A stretch of DNA of 64,000 bases from Parcubacteria group bacterium Gr01-1014_17 (GTDB lineage Bacteria; Patescibacteriota; Minisyncoccia; Phycocordibacterales; UBA10002), in the NCBI GenBank assembly GCA_007376285.1, contig VMFZ01000001.1:11033-75032 (forward strand), in the 5' to 3' direction. Under the pieces are notes generated by a model. The model worked only from the letters and a program-made list of their open reading frames with translations. It made no database searches and was not told the origin of the DNA. Positions 37,531 to 46,713 of this stretch are shown here, piece by piece (positions within the stretch are counted from its first letter, which is position 1; each line of letters starts with the position of its first letter). A program made the translations under genes and the position numbers.

Positions 37531-38701
37531 TATTTTATTTCCCCCTTCCCCAAATACGGCACCAGCACGGGTGGAACGACGATACTTCCGTCTGCGCGCT
37601 GGTTGTTTTCCAACAAAGAAATCAGAAGGCGTGGCGTAGGCGCGGCGGTGCAATTCAGTGAATGCGCGAACTTTTGTTTTCCGTCCTTTTCTTTGTAACG
37701 AATGTTAAGTCGCCGCGTTTGAAAATCGTGGAAGTATGAGGCAGAACTTATTTCCCGATATCGCTTTTCTGATGGCACCCACAGGTTAATATCATATTTT
37801 TTCACTTGTCCGAGCCCGAGGTCTCCGCCGCAATTAGTAACCGTCTGGTACGGAATACCGAGCGCTTCCATAAACTCCTCTTCGTTGCGATTCATTTCTT
37901 CATGAAAGCGCACTGAGGTCTGGTGGCTCGCTTCGCAAAGCACTACTTGTTCACATTTAAAGAATTCATGCACGCGCATCAAGCCCTTCGTATCTTTGCC
38001 GTGGCTCCCCGCCTCACGCCGGAAACAAGGCGAGAACGCGATGAGCTTTTTTGGGAGTTCTTCCGCAGAAAACATGCTGTCCGCGAAATACGACATCACC
38101 GGCACTTCGGCAGTGCCTGCAAGATAATCGCCGTCCTGTGTTTTATACAAATCGTCTTCGCCCTGCGGAAGGTAACCGGTGCCGAGAAGCGCTTCGCGCC
38201 GAACGAGAGAAGGCGCCAGCATTGGCGAAAAACCTTTCTTCACAAAGAAATCAAAACAAAACTTCCAAAGCGCGAATGATAAAAGCGCGCCATCGTTTTT
38301 CAGAAAGTACCCGCGGAAACCAGATACCGCCGCGCCGCGCTCAAAATTCGCCATATCGTTTTTCAAAAGCAAATCAATATGGCTTTTCGGTTCAAAAGCA
38401 AACGCTGGCTTCTCGCCCCAACTTCGCACTTCGGCATTGTCCGCATCGCTTCCTCCTTCCGGTACGGAAATATCGGGCACATTCGGCACTTGGAGCATCA
38501 GTGTCTGCCATTGTTGCGTCGCTTTTTTCAGACGCCGCTTTTGCGATTCTGCTCCGCGCGCTTGTTTTCAACAACCGTGAGAAGTGCGCGGCGCTCGTCG
38601 TCTACGGCAATAAGTTCTTCCACTTTGAAATCGACGCACTTCTTCCGCGCCGCCTCGGCAACAAGTTCTTTGTTTTCTCGGATGAATTTTATATCCAACA
38701 T
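37530..38701 (-). pseudogene. serS: serine--tRNA ligase gene interrupted by a +1/-1 frameshift at an A6 tract (N-terminal 57 codons 38528-38701; catalytic part 37530-38498)
   Basis: N-fragment MLDIKFIRENKELV...AEQNRKSGV* matches the SerRS N-terminus, and the 322-aa ORF is the class II catalytic core starting near VPNVPD. Frames differ by 1 nt around GTCTGAAAAAAGCG. Confidence 0.8.
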
Positions 38702-38727
38702 ATTATGAATAATGATACCATAAAGAA

Positions 38728-39591
38728 GTGTCGTCCATTACCGTAATAAAACCGCCACAATTCCCGCGTCGATTGCGCGAAATACCAGACCCGCCGGAGA
38801 AACTCTGGGTGGAGGGGCCGCTTCCACCCGAAGAATATAAATGGCTCGCCGTGGTCGGCTCGCGCCGCTATTCGCAATACGGTCGCGAAGCGTGCGAGAA
38901 ACTAATTGCTGGATTGTACGGCCACCCCGTCGTTATCGTGTCGGGCCTTGCGCTCGGGATTGACTGCATTGCGCACCGCGCCGCGCTTGAAGCAAAATTA
39001 AAATGCGTCGCGGTGCCAGGCTCCGGCATCAGCCGAAAGGTCTTGCATCCGTCGGCAAACCGACCGCTGGCGGAAAAAATACTTGAGGACGGTGGCGCGC
39101 TCCTCTCGGAATTTCCTCCAGAGTTCCGCGCGACGCTCTATAGTTTCCCACAACGAAATCGCGTGATGGCAGGGCTCTCGGATGCCGTGCTTGTCATAGA
39201 AGCCGAGAAGAAATCCGGCACGCTCATCACCGCGCGGCTTGCCTCCGAATACAACCGCGATGTGCTCACCGTACCTGGCTCCATTTTCTCCGGCGCGACG
39301 GAAGGCCCTCACCTTTTGATGCGCCTCGGCGCAACACCAGTCAGAAATGCCGATGAACTTCTCGTGGCGCTTGGGTTTAAGGCGATATCCGACTCGGAAC
39401 GAAAAAATCGCAATTATTCTGATTGTTCGCCGGAAGAAATAAAAATCCTAGAACTTTTGACTGTTCCAATGGAGCGCGACGCGCTCATTGCCGCGGCGAA
39501 ACTTCCTGTAAGCAAAACCAACGCCGTCCTCTCGCTCCTTGAAATCAAGGGTTTTATTTCCGAGGGTATGGGCGAGATTCATTTAATCTGA
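38728..39591 (+). CDS. dprA: DNA processing protein DprA/Smf
   Basis: Rossmann-like core LAVVGSRRYSQYG..VIVSGLALGIDCIAHRAAL; GTG start only 26 bp from the divergent serS start. Confidence 0.85.
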   Translation: MSSITVIKPPQFPRRLREIPDPPEKLWVEGPLPPEEYKWLAVVGSRRYSQYGREACEKLIAGLYGHPVVIVSGLALGIDCIAHRAALEAKLKCVAVPGSGISRKVLHPSANRPLAEKILEDGGALLSEFPPEFRATLYSFPQRNRVMAGLSDAVLVIEAEKKSGTLITARLASEYNRDVLTVPGSIFSGATEGPHLLMRLGATPVRNADELLVALGFKAISDSERKNRNYSDCSPEEIKILELLTVPMERDALIAAAKLPVSKTNAVLSLLEIKGFISEGMGEIHLI

Positions 39592-39972
39592 TTTTTCTTT
39601 GTCTTTTCCGTTCTTGAAATCAAGCATCTGTTTTAAGAAAACCGACACCGAGCCGTTTCGAGGCGCGGTTGGCTCTTTGCCGCGGAGAAGCCGCGCCGCC
39701 TGCCGCATCTCTCGAATGCACCACTCAAAACCCCCCGTAATCGCCTCGCGCGCCGCCTCCCCCGCTTTCTTTATTGCCGGCTTTATATGAATGTGGTGCA
39801 CCTCCTTGCTCTTGCGCGCGAGCGTTTTCTTGCCACGCGAAAGGAGCTCGTCGCCGCGGCTTGAGAACGACGCGAGCGGCGTCTCCCTCCCGCCCATTTC
39901 AGAAAGCTTCAGCGCAAACAGCGCCACAAGCCCAACGATTGAAATAATGAAAATTGTAAGTGCGTGGAACAT
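39583..39972 (-). CDS. hypothetical membrane protein
   Basis: single TM; start set at Met29 to avoid overlap with tsf. Confidence 0.35.
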   Translation of the reverse strand: MFHALTIFIISIVGLVALFALKLSEMGGRETPLASFSSRGDELLSRGKKTLARKSKEVHHIHIKPAIKKAGEAAREAITGGFEWCIREMRQAARLLRGKEPTAPRNGSVSVFLKQMLDFKNGKDKEKSD

Positions 39973-39988
39973 AAGTAAGTAAAACGCC

Positions 39989-40438
39989 CTACGCCGCGAA
40001 GCGCGTGAAGTCGGCGACTTCAATGCGCTCGCCGAATTTTTGTATTGCTTTTTCAATCAGACCGCGCACCGTTTCATCCGGCGTTTTGATAAACGGTTGG
40101 TCTAACAGCGCACCCTTTTCCGGATTCATTGCCGCCACATGCATCGCAATGTCGCGCGCGAGCGCTTGGAACTCGGGGTTACGCGACACGAAGTCGGTCT
40201 CGGAAGAAAGCAAAACCAAAGCGCCTACCGTTGCGCCAGGGTGGATGTAGGACGCGACCGCGCCTGCCCCGAGCGCGCGTCCTGACTTTTTCGCCGCCGC
40301 CTCCGCACCGCGCTTTTTCAAAATGAGCAACGCTTTTTCGGCATCCCCGCCCGCCTCGGTGAGCGCCTTGCGGCACTGCATTACCGATACACCCGTCTTA
40401 TCGCGCAACGCTTTGATTTGGTCAGTAGTAATTTCCAT
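39989..40438 (-). CDS. tsf: elongation factor Ts, short form (149 aa)
   Basis: N-terminal UBA-like ITTDQIKALRDKTGVSVMQCRKALTEAGGDAEKAL; downstream of rpsB. Confidence 0.85.
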   Translation of the reverse strand: MEITTDQIKALRDKTGVSVMQCRKALTEAGGDAEKALLILKKRGAEAAAKKSGRALGAGAVASYIHPGATVGALVLLSSETDFVSRNPEFQALARDIAMHVAAMNPEKGALLDQPFIKTPDETVRGLIEKAIQKFGERIEVADFTRFAA

Positions 40439-40439
40439 A

Positions 40440-41156
40440 TTAAACCTTCGCTGTCGTTATTTTCCCTTCATTATACGCCTTCACAATTTCATTCACAAAA
40501 TGCCGGATGCTCCCCATAGACGAATCATTCGCGATAATCGGATGCGCAATATCGGAAATATCGCAATCCGAACTCGCGAGCGCGACCACCGGAATTTTAA
40601 GCCGCTTCGCTTCGCTCGCGGCGGTCTTCTCTTCTTTCGGGTCAACGATAAAAAGCGCGGCGGGAAGCGCTTTCATACCCACCAACCCGCCAAATAATTC
40701 TTCCAGCTTTTCAATGTCGCGGCTAATCAAGAGCTGTTCTTTCTTTGTATATTTCGCCAAATCGCCCTGTTCACGCTTTGCCTTAAGGTCAAGAAGCATA
40801 TCCACGCGCGAGCGGATTTGCGCGAAGTTGGTCAGCGTGCCGCCGATCCAGCGCCCAGACACATTGGGCATACCTATTTCCATCGCGCCCTGCCGCACCG
40901 CGTCCGCGGCTTCGTGCTTGCCGCCGACAAAGAGGATTATTTTGCCTTCCGCACCGAGTGTTTTTACAAACACTTTCGCCGCTTCCAAGAGTTCCTTGGT
41001 TTGTTCCAAATTGATAATTTCTACGCGGTTTTTCAAGCCCAAAATATAGGACGCGGTGGAGGGGTGGCGGCGCGTCTTTGCGTAGCCGTAATGCGCTCCA
41101 ACCTTAAACAGCGCGTCAATAACTGGGTCGCTCGCTGGTTCCTTTGTCTCTGTCAT
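40440..41156 (-). CDS. rpsB: 30S ribosomal protein S2
   Basis: LFKVGAHYGYAKTRRHP..VEIINLEQT bS2 N-terminal signature; start at Met28. Confidence 0.92.
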   Translation of the reverse strand: MTETKEPASDPVIDALFKVGAHYGYAKTRRHPSTASYILGLKNRVEIINLEQTKELLEAAKVFVKTLGAEGKIILFVGGKHEAADAVRQGAMEIGMPNVSGRWIGGTLTNFAQIRSRVDMLLDLKAKREQGDLAKYTKKEQLLISRDIEKLEELFGGLVGMKALPAALFIVDPKEEKTAASEAKRLKIPVVALASSDCDISDIAHPIIANDSSMGSIRHFVNEIVKAYNEGKITTAKV

Positions 41157-41178
41157 AAAATAAAGTGTAACAAGTTTT

Positions 41179-42144
41179 TTACGAGGAAGCAACCGCTTCT
41201 TTTTCCGCCTGTTCCAACGCTTCAACAATCTCCTCAAGGCCGCCGGCTAAAATGGCGGGAATATTGTGCCATGATTCCTTGATACGGTGGTCGGTAATGC
41301 GATCTTGCAGAATGTTGTAGGTGCGGATTTTCTCGCTCCGGTCGCCGGTGCCGATTTGCGCGCGCCGCGTATCGGCGCTTTTCTTCGCCGCCGCCTCAAT
41401 GGAAAGAACTTCAAGTTTTGCGGAGAGAATCTGGAGCGCTTTCTCGCGATTACGGCTCTGGCTGCGCTCCGCGGTAGAGCGCACCACGAGGCCTGTCGGC
41501 TTATGGAAAATTCGCACTGCGGTCTCTACTTTGTTTACATTCTGCCCGCCCTTCCCGCCGGCGCGCGAAAACTCCACTTCAAGGTCGGCAGGGTTCACCT
41601 CAAAGCGCGTCCCCGAGCGGATGGGCATAATCGCGACGGAAGCGGTTGAAGTATGCACGCGACCCATCTTTTCCGTCTCGGGCACGCGTTGGATGCGGTG
41701 CACGCCGGTTTCAAACCGCAGAAGTTTGTAACAACCCTTCCCTTTAATTTCAAACGACGCTTCTTTGTACCCGCCGATGCCGTTTTCGGAAATATCAACT
41801 GCCGACCACGACCATCCGCGATGCTCCGCAAACGCGTGGTACATATCGGAAATCTCGCGCGCAAAAAGCGCTGCTTCATCGCCACCAACCCCTGCGCGCA
41901 CTTCCAAAATAAGTTCGTTCGGAAACGCCTCTTCCTCTTTCGCCGCTTCCGCAACACCATGCATCTGTGCTAAGAGCGCCGCTTTTTGTTCAACAAACGA
42001 TGCGAGTTCTTTGTCAGCCATTTCTTTCATTGCAGAGTCGCGCTCCGTGAGCGCGCGTAATTCCGTTTCCTCTTTTTCAATTCGCTCAAACGACTGCGCA
42101 AGATGCGCTGTCCGCGGATTTTTTTTGTACACGCTCAAATCCAT
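41179..42144 (-). CDS. prfA: peptide chain release factor 1
   Basis: GGQ motif ([14 protein letters not shown]) and PET tripeptide ([14 protein letters not shown]) of the RF1 type. Confidence 0.85.
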   Translation of the reverse strand: MDLSVYKKNPRTAHLAQSFERIEKEETELRALTERDSAMKEMADKELASFVEQKAALLAQMHGVAEAAKEEEAFPNELILEVRAGVGGDEAALFAREISDMYHAFAEHRGWSWSAVDISENGIGGYKEASFEIKGKGCYKLLRFETGVHRIQRVPETEKMGRVHTSTASVAIMPIRSGTRFEVNPADLEVEFSRAGGKGGQNVNKVETAVRIFHKPTGLVVRSTAERSQSRNREKALQILSAKLEVLSIEAAAKKSADTRRAQIGTGDRSEKIRTYNILQDRITDHRIKESWHNIPAILAGGLEEIVEALEQAEKEAVASS

Positions 42145-42416
42145 TTACTTTTTCCGCCTCCTCGGCGGGTCGCCTTTGAGGCGATTTTGCGCGGCTTTGC
42201 GGCGGTTTTCGCCATTTTTGTCTTAAAGCGCTCCACGCGGCCCGCCGTGTCTACAATCTTTTCGGCACCCGTATAGAATGGGTGGCAGTTGCCGCAAATT
42301 TCAACTTGTAATTCCGGCTGTGTTGAGCCCACAGCAAAAACCGCGCCGCAGGCGCACGAAACCTTCGCTGACGGATAGTATTTTGGGTGGATTTCTTTTT
42401 TCACGAATAAAATCAT
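42135..42416 (-). CDS. rpmE: 50S ribosomal protein L31 with a repeat-encoded C-terminal extension
   Basis: [24 protein letters not shown] zinc-ribbon bL31 core. The last about 25 aa include palindrome 42154-42183 translated in frame; the stop overlaps the prfA start. Confidence 0.85.
   Translation of the reverse strand: MILFVKKEIHPKYYPSAKVSCACGAVFAVGSTQPELQVEICGNCHPFYTGAEKIVDTAGRVERFKTKMAKTAAKPRKIASKATRRGGGKSKWI
42154..42183. repeat. palindrome CCGCCTCCTCGGCGGGTCGCCTTTGAGGCG inside the rpmE 3' coding region (encodes ..[11 protein letters not shown]..)
   Basis: same CGCCTCATCGGCGGGTCGCCGA..GGCG core as copies at 46663, 50324 and 56879. Confidence 0.7.
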
Positions 42417-42497
42417 AGCAGAAACGCCCAAAAACAGCAAACCAAGCAAAAAGAAAAGGTTTGCCGTCTTGCGACAGCAAACCTTTTGTGAGCCAAC

Positions 42498-43130
42498 CTA
42501 GTTGGCGGCGATGTACTCCATAATTTCGTCCTTTTTCTCCTGCGGAATCTTCTTCTCGCGAACGAAAAAGTCCAGCATTTCGCCAAGCCGCGCTACTGCG
42601 CAAACCTTTCGACCTGTGCGGTTGAGTTCCTCAAGCCCACCCTGCTCGCGGTCGTACAACACTAGTGTGCCTACTACCTCAAGCCCATTTTCCTCAACCG
42701 ACTGAATTGCCTCCCGTTTGGTGTCCGCCTTGGTAATCAAGTCATCAACCAACACAACTTTCTTTCCTTTTTCAAACTGGTCCAGAATGTTGGAGGTGAT
42801 TTTGCGCCCGTCTTGCCCTTCAATCTTCTCGATCCGAAGTAGTGGTTTATTGACGGCTTTTGCAAACGCGCGTCCGATCGGCTCGCCGGCTTTCGGAATC
42901 CCGATGACATAGTCAAAATCGGGAATATTTTCCAGAACAACCAAGTCGTGGAGTATGTCACCAGCAAGGGTATATACCCACTCCGGCAACTCCCGAATAT
43001 TGAGGTATATCGGCGACAAGGGAGCGTCAGGATTTTTCTCGTGAAGTTTCAGCTTGAATGCCCCAAACTTGATTTTTCTAAGATCAAATAAACTCGCGTG
43101 GAAATGTTCTATTTTGTTTTTTGTTTTCAT
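42498..43130 (-). CDS. type I phosphoribosyltransferase, orotate PRTase-like
   Basis: LRKIKFGAFKLKLHEK..PIYLN N-terminus and VVLVDDLITKADTKREAI PRPP-binding loop; 210 aa from Met204 of the ORF, the upstream 203 codons are antisense to polX. Confidence 0.7.
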   Translation of the reverse strand: MKTKNKIEHFHASLFDLRKIKFGAFKLKLHEKNPDAPLSPIYLNIRELPEWVYTLAGDILHDLVVLENIPDFDYVIGIPKAGEPIGRAFAKAVNKPLLRIEKIEGQDGRKITSNILDQFEKGKKVVLVDDLITKADTKREAIQSVEENGLEVVGTLVLYDREQGGLEELNRTGRKVCAVARLGEMLDFFVREKKIPQEKKDEIMEYIAAN

Positions 43131-43226
43131 TATCAATCTCCATTTTCTATATCTATGAAGGATACTACTGTCGCATAAGAAAAAAGCAAGTTTTCCAATC
43201 GCCAAACCCATGCGATACTGTTTAAT

Positions 43227-44897
43227 ATGAAATCCCTTTCCAACGCGCGGATTGCGGAACTGCTTGGTGAAACGGCGGCGCTGTATGAAATAGAAAACGA
43301 GCCGTTTAAGCCGCGCGCCTACGAGCGCGCGGCGCTTGCGATTGAAGCGCGCGAGGAGCCGCTCTACGAAACAATGGCGCGCGGCGGACCTAAAGCGCTT
43401 CAAGAAATCCCCGGCATCGGGGCAGGCATTGCGGCACACCTTGCGGAGCTCCTCGCGCGCGGCACCTTTGCGGAATACGAACGGCTCAAAAAAAAGACGC
43501 CAGTTGCCGTTGGCGAACTTGTTGCCGTGGAAGGCATCGGACCGAAAACCGTTAAAACGCTTTGGGAGAAATTGAAAATAAAAAATCTGGACGAACTGGA
43601 GGCAGCGGCGCGCGGAGGCAAGCTCCGCGCGCTCGCGGGCTTCGGGGAAAAAAGCGAGGAAAAAATCCTCAAAGGTATTGCGTTCCGGCGCACCGTTGGC
43701 GGGAGAATGATTTTGGGCGCAGTGCTTCCAGTGGCGCATGCGTTAGAAAATAAACTTCGCGCATTCCAAGAAGTAAAAAACGCGATTGTCGCGGGCTCCA
43801 TCCGCAGGATGAAAGAAACCGTGGGTGATATTGACTTACTCGTCGTATCAGAAAAACCAGAAGAGACAATGAAAAAAATTGCGGGGCTTCCCGAAATAGA
43901 GCATGTCAATGTGCACATCGTCCAGCCAGAGTCGTGGGGCGCAGCGCTTAATTATTTTACTGGTTCAAAAGCGCATAACATCGCACTTCGCGAGATTGCG
44001 ATTAAAAAAGGGTGGGAATTAAATGAGTATGGATTACTTAAAACAGAAAAAGAACTTTATGAAAAACTTGGGCTTAAATACATTGAACCGGAATTACGCG
44101 AAATGACTGGGGAAATTGAGGCAAGTAAGAATGGGAAACTCCCACATCTTGTCGGTTACAACGACTTAAAAGGCGACCTACAGGCGCACTCAACTTGGAC
44201 TGACGGCACGCGTTCTATTGAAGAAATGGCGCGTGCCGCGGCAGAGCTTGGCTTGGAATACATTGCAATGACCGACCACACGCAAGGGCTTGCGATGACC
44301 GGCGGAATGAACGAAAAAGAATTTGCGGAACAAGCGAAGGAAATTGACGCGCTTAATGATAGATTCAAGAAACAAGAAACACGATTCAAGATACTAAAGA
44401 GCGCGGAAGTTAATATAAAAAAAGACGGCTCGCTTGACCTTGCGGACGAAGCGCTCGCGCAAATGGACTTTGCCGGCGCGTCCGTGCACAGCCACTTTGA
44501 ACTTTCGGTTAAAGAACAGACGAAACGGCTTATTAAGGCGATTGAACATCCGCTTATTGACATCATCTTCCACCCAACAGCGCGCCTCTTAAACAAGCGG
44601 CCTGGAATTTCTGCGGATTGGAGCGAGGTGATTGCCGCGGCAAAAGAAAACGTCACCGCGCTTGAGATTGACGCAGCGCCGGAGCGCCTTGACCTGCACG
44701 ACGAGCTCATACGGCAGTGCGTAAACGCGGGAGTGATGCTCTCTATTGGATCTGACGCTCACTCGCCCGATGGGTTTAGGGCGCTCAAACTCGGCATTGC
44801 GCAAGCCCGCCGCGGCTGGGCGGAAAAGAAAAATATCGTGAATGTGCTACCGGTAGAGAAGATGCTTAAAATGCTAAAGAGGAATCGAGAAAAATAA
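43227..44897 (+). CDS. DNA polymerase X family protein (Pol beta-like core plus C-terminal PHP phosphoesterase domain)
   Basis: helix-hairpin-helix IPGIGAGIA, nucleotidyltransferase GDIDLLV, PHP motifs HTQGLAMTGG / HSHF. Confidence 0.88.
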   Translation: MKSLSNARIAELLGETAALYEIENEPFKPRAYERAALAIEAREEPLYETMARGGPKALQEIPGIGAGIAAHLAELLARGTFAEYERLKKKTPVAVGELVAVEGIGPKTVKTLWEKLKIKNLDELEAAARGGKLRALAGFGEKSEEKILKGIAFRRTVGGRMILGAVLPVAHALENKLRAFQEVKNAIVAGSIRRMKETVGDIDLLVVSEKPEETMKKIAGLPEIEHVNVHIVQPESWGAALNYFTGSKAHNIALREIAIKKGWELNEYGLLKTEKELYEKLGLKYIEPELREMTGEIEASKNGKLPHLVGYNDLKGDLQAHSTWTDGTRSIEEMARAAAELGLEYIAMTDHTQGLAMTGGMNEKEFAEQAKEIDALNDRFKKQETRFKILKSAEVNIKKDGSLDLADEALAQMDFAGASVHSHFELSVKEQTKRLIKAIEHPLIDIIFHPTARLLNKRPGISADWSEVIAAAKENVTALEIDAAPERLDLHDELIRQCVNAGVMLSIGSDAHSPDGFRALKLGIAQARRGWAEKKNIVNVLPVEKMLKMLKRNREK

Positions 44898-44899
44898 AT

Positions 44900-44950
44900 C
44901 ACCCCCTCACCCTACCCTCTCCCCCTTATGAAAAGGGCGAGAGGGGTTTT
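44900..44950 (+). terminator. GC-rich hairpin CCCTCTCCCCCTTATGAAAAGGGCGAGAGGGG + TTTTTCTTTTTTT; a second hairpin CCCT..AGGG follows (bidirectional)
   Basis: stem plus T-run after the polX stop. Confidence 0.65.
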
Positions 44951-45000
44951 TCTTTTTTTACCCTGCCCTTAACCTAAGGGGAGGGAAAGGAAGGGGTGTA

Positions 45001-45339
45001 TTATACGGCAACCCGCCGCACATTGAACAAGCGCGAGACGCGCGTTAAGTCGCGCACGGCAAACACGGAGAGAACTGCGAGCGCGAGTGAGAGCGCTTGA
45101 ACAGTGAGTTCGGTATTAAGAAACGCTGAGAGCACAAATTTGCCGAATGCCGCAAACTCTGCCGGAGACGGCATATTGCCGAACACATTTTGCACCGACA
45201 CAAACGCAGTCGCGACAAGCGCGAGCGCCGCGACCGAGCCCATTTTCAAAAGAAACGGCTTCACCACTTTACGCAAAAAGAAGACCACATACACGCGCCG
45301 CATCACATCGCGCCTTACTGATTGAATATATTCAGCCAT
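45001..45339 (-). CDS. putative anti-sigma factor-like membrane protein
   Basis: 112 aa with 2 TM helices; 2 nt downstream of the ECF sigma gene in the same operon. Confidence 0.35.
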   Translation of the reverse strand: MAEYIQSVRRDVMRRVYVVFFLRKVVKPFLLKMGSVAALALVATAFVSVQNVFGNMPSPAEFAAFGKFVLSAFLNTELTVQALSLALAVLSVFAVRDLTRVSRLFNVRRVAV

Positions 45340-45341
45340 AG

Positions 45342-45749
45342 TTATTGTGAAATAAGTATTTTCTTCATTGCCTGCTTGGCGCGGTGCACCCGCGCCCGCA
45401 CCGCCCCCTCTGAAATCCCCACTGCGCGGGCGACTTCACGCTGAGGCTTGCCTTCAAGAAAATGCAACTCCACAACCCGTACCAATGTTACGGGCAATTT
45501 GGACATAAGCGAAACAATTGTGTCTCTGTCAAAGCGCGCTTCGCGCTCTATTTCTGCGCCTGCGTCGCGCACGAGCTCCATCAATTCCGGGTCTAGAAGC
45601 GAATTAAACTCTCTATCACGCTTTCCTTTTTTCCACGCGGTAAAACAGAGGTTCACGAGCACCTTGTACATCCACGACTTGACGGACGCGCCCGGCATCG
45701 GCTGGTAGCGCGCCGCGTTCAAGTAGATTTTTACAAACGCATCTTGCAC
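45342..45749 (-). CDS. ECF-type sigma-70 family factor (short region 2 plus region 4)
   Basis: DAFVKIYLNAARYQP..SWMYKVLVNLCFTAWKK region 2; VRVVELHFLEGKPQREVARAVGISEGAVRARV region 4 HTH; GTG start, with an upstream in-frame TGA limiting any N-terminal extension. Confidence 0.7.
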   Translation of the reverse strand: MQDAFVKIYLNAARYQPMPGASVKSWMYKVLVNLCFTAWKKGKRDREFNSLLDPELMELVRDAGAEIEREARFDRDTIVSLMSKLPVTLVRVVELHFLEGKPQREVARAVGISEGAVRARVHRAKQAMKKILISQ

Positions 45750-45869
45750 TACATCGAGCGCTTTTTCGTCGTCTTTCAGAATATAGCGCGCCTTGCGACA
45801 TCATCTAAAAACATAATGGGGTTTATAATAACACAAAATCTGTTTTTCCAAAAGAAAACCCACCCTCGA

Positions 45870-46160
45870 CTACTGTCGGGGTGGGTCATGCGGATTCGTC
45901 TTCGGATTCAGAAGGTTCGGGAGGAGGCGTCCCATTATTGTTGTTGAGAACCGCCTCCAAATACCCGACGACCGTGGACACTTTAATCCCGTGCCGCGGT
46001 TGCCGGCGATTCCATTCAAGAGATAACCAAGAATCAGAACAGCATCTGAATGCCTCAGTTCCGTATCGCTGTTGGCGATACCCGGAACCCACTTTCCTAT
46101 ATCTATCATCGCAGACATCACCTGCATCCGAATCCATCCGCGCGTGTATTTAGGTGTCAT
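45870..46160 (-). CDS. hypothetical protein (96 aa)
   Basis: AGGAG 8 nt upstream of the ATG; terminator hairpin AACCCACCCTCGACTACTGTCGGGGTGGGT + T-run spans the stop. Confidence 0.45.
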   Translation of the reverse strand: MTPKYTRGWIRMQVMSAMIDIGKWVPGIANSDTELRHSDAVLILGYLLNGIAGNRGTGLKCPRSSGIWRRFSTTIMGRLLPNLLNPKTNPHDPPRQ

Positions 46161-46338
46161 AAGACACTCCTTTCTTTTTGCGTATTTTTGATGTTTTTCA
46201 ACACAAAAACAATTCTGCCCGTACCCTATATCTAACCCATAAAAATGTCAACTATCCACATCTACCCTTGCGCGCCAATGAACAAACCATGCGATAATAG
46301 TGATGTCGCTTTTTTTATAAATAACTCTCATTACGCGT

Positions 46339-46512
46339 ATGTTTGAACAAGGACACAAAGGGCATTTGAGCATTATTCCCCTCTTAATGCTCCTCTTCGC
46401 GCTTGTATTTCTCTTTGATGCGCTTGGTTACATCTCGCCTGACACGACGGCGGTCGTCTGGCCGGTGATTGTGGGCGTGGCGGCAATCCTCAAGTTGGTT
46501 GGGGGAAGATAA
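46339..46512 (+). CDS. possible 57-aa two-TM membrane peptide
   Basis: ATG..TAA ORF that is hydrophobic throughout; below the ORF-track cutoff. Confidence 0.25.
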   Translation: MFEQGHKGHLSIIPLLMLLFALVFLFDALGYISPDTTAVVWPVIVGVAAILKLVGGR

Positions 46513-46592
46513 GCAAAAAGTGAAAAACCTCCCCGATGTTGATAGGCGGCAAACATCGGGGAGGTTTTTTCTTGGGCTAGAAAAAGGCGCGC

Positions 46593-46621
46593 TTGACTCC
46601 AAGCGCGCTTTGTGCTATGTT
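46593..46621 (+). promoter_or_regulatory. promoter A: TTGACT-N17-(TGC)TATGTT upstream of SPFH-A
   Basis: paralogous promoters at 48065 and 50260 with a conserved downstream leader TCyACACAGArrrTyA..yTTGACAAaAA. Confidence 0.5.
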
Positions 46622-46662
46622 TCTACACAGAAAGTCAGCGTTGGTTCGTTGACAAAAAAACA

Positions 46663-46695
46663 GTCGCCTCATCGGCGGGTCGCCGAAGAGGCGAC
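46663..46695. repeat. palindrome GTCGCCTCATCGGCGGGTCGCCGAAGAGGCGAC in the SPFH-A 5' UTR
   Basis: same family as 42154, 50324 and 56879. Confidence 0.7.
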
Positions 46696-46713
46696 AACAG
46701 AAAGGTGTAGAGT

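Noticed and set aside
41179-42144. Programmed +1 frameshift typical of prfB (RF2)
   Set aside because: The product has the RF1-type PxT (PET) tripeptide and a single uninterrupted frame. It is prfA, so no frameshift is expected.
42498-43739. 413-aa ORF suggesting a large fusion protein
   Set aside because: Only the C-terminal 210 aa (from Met204, 43130) have PRTase homology. The upstream 203 codons are low-complexity, Arg-rich and antisense to the well-supported polX gene.
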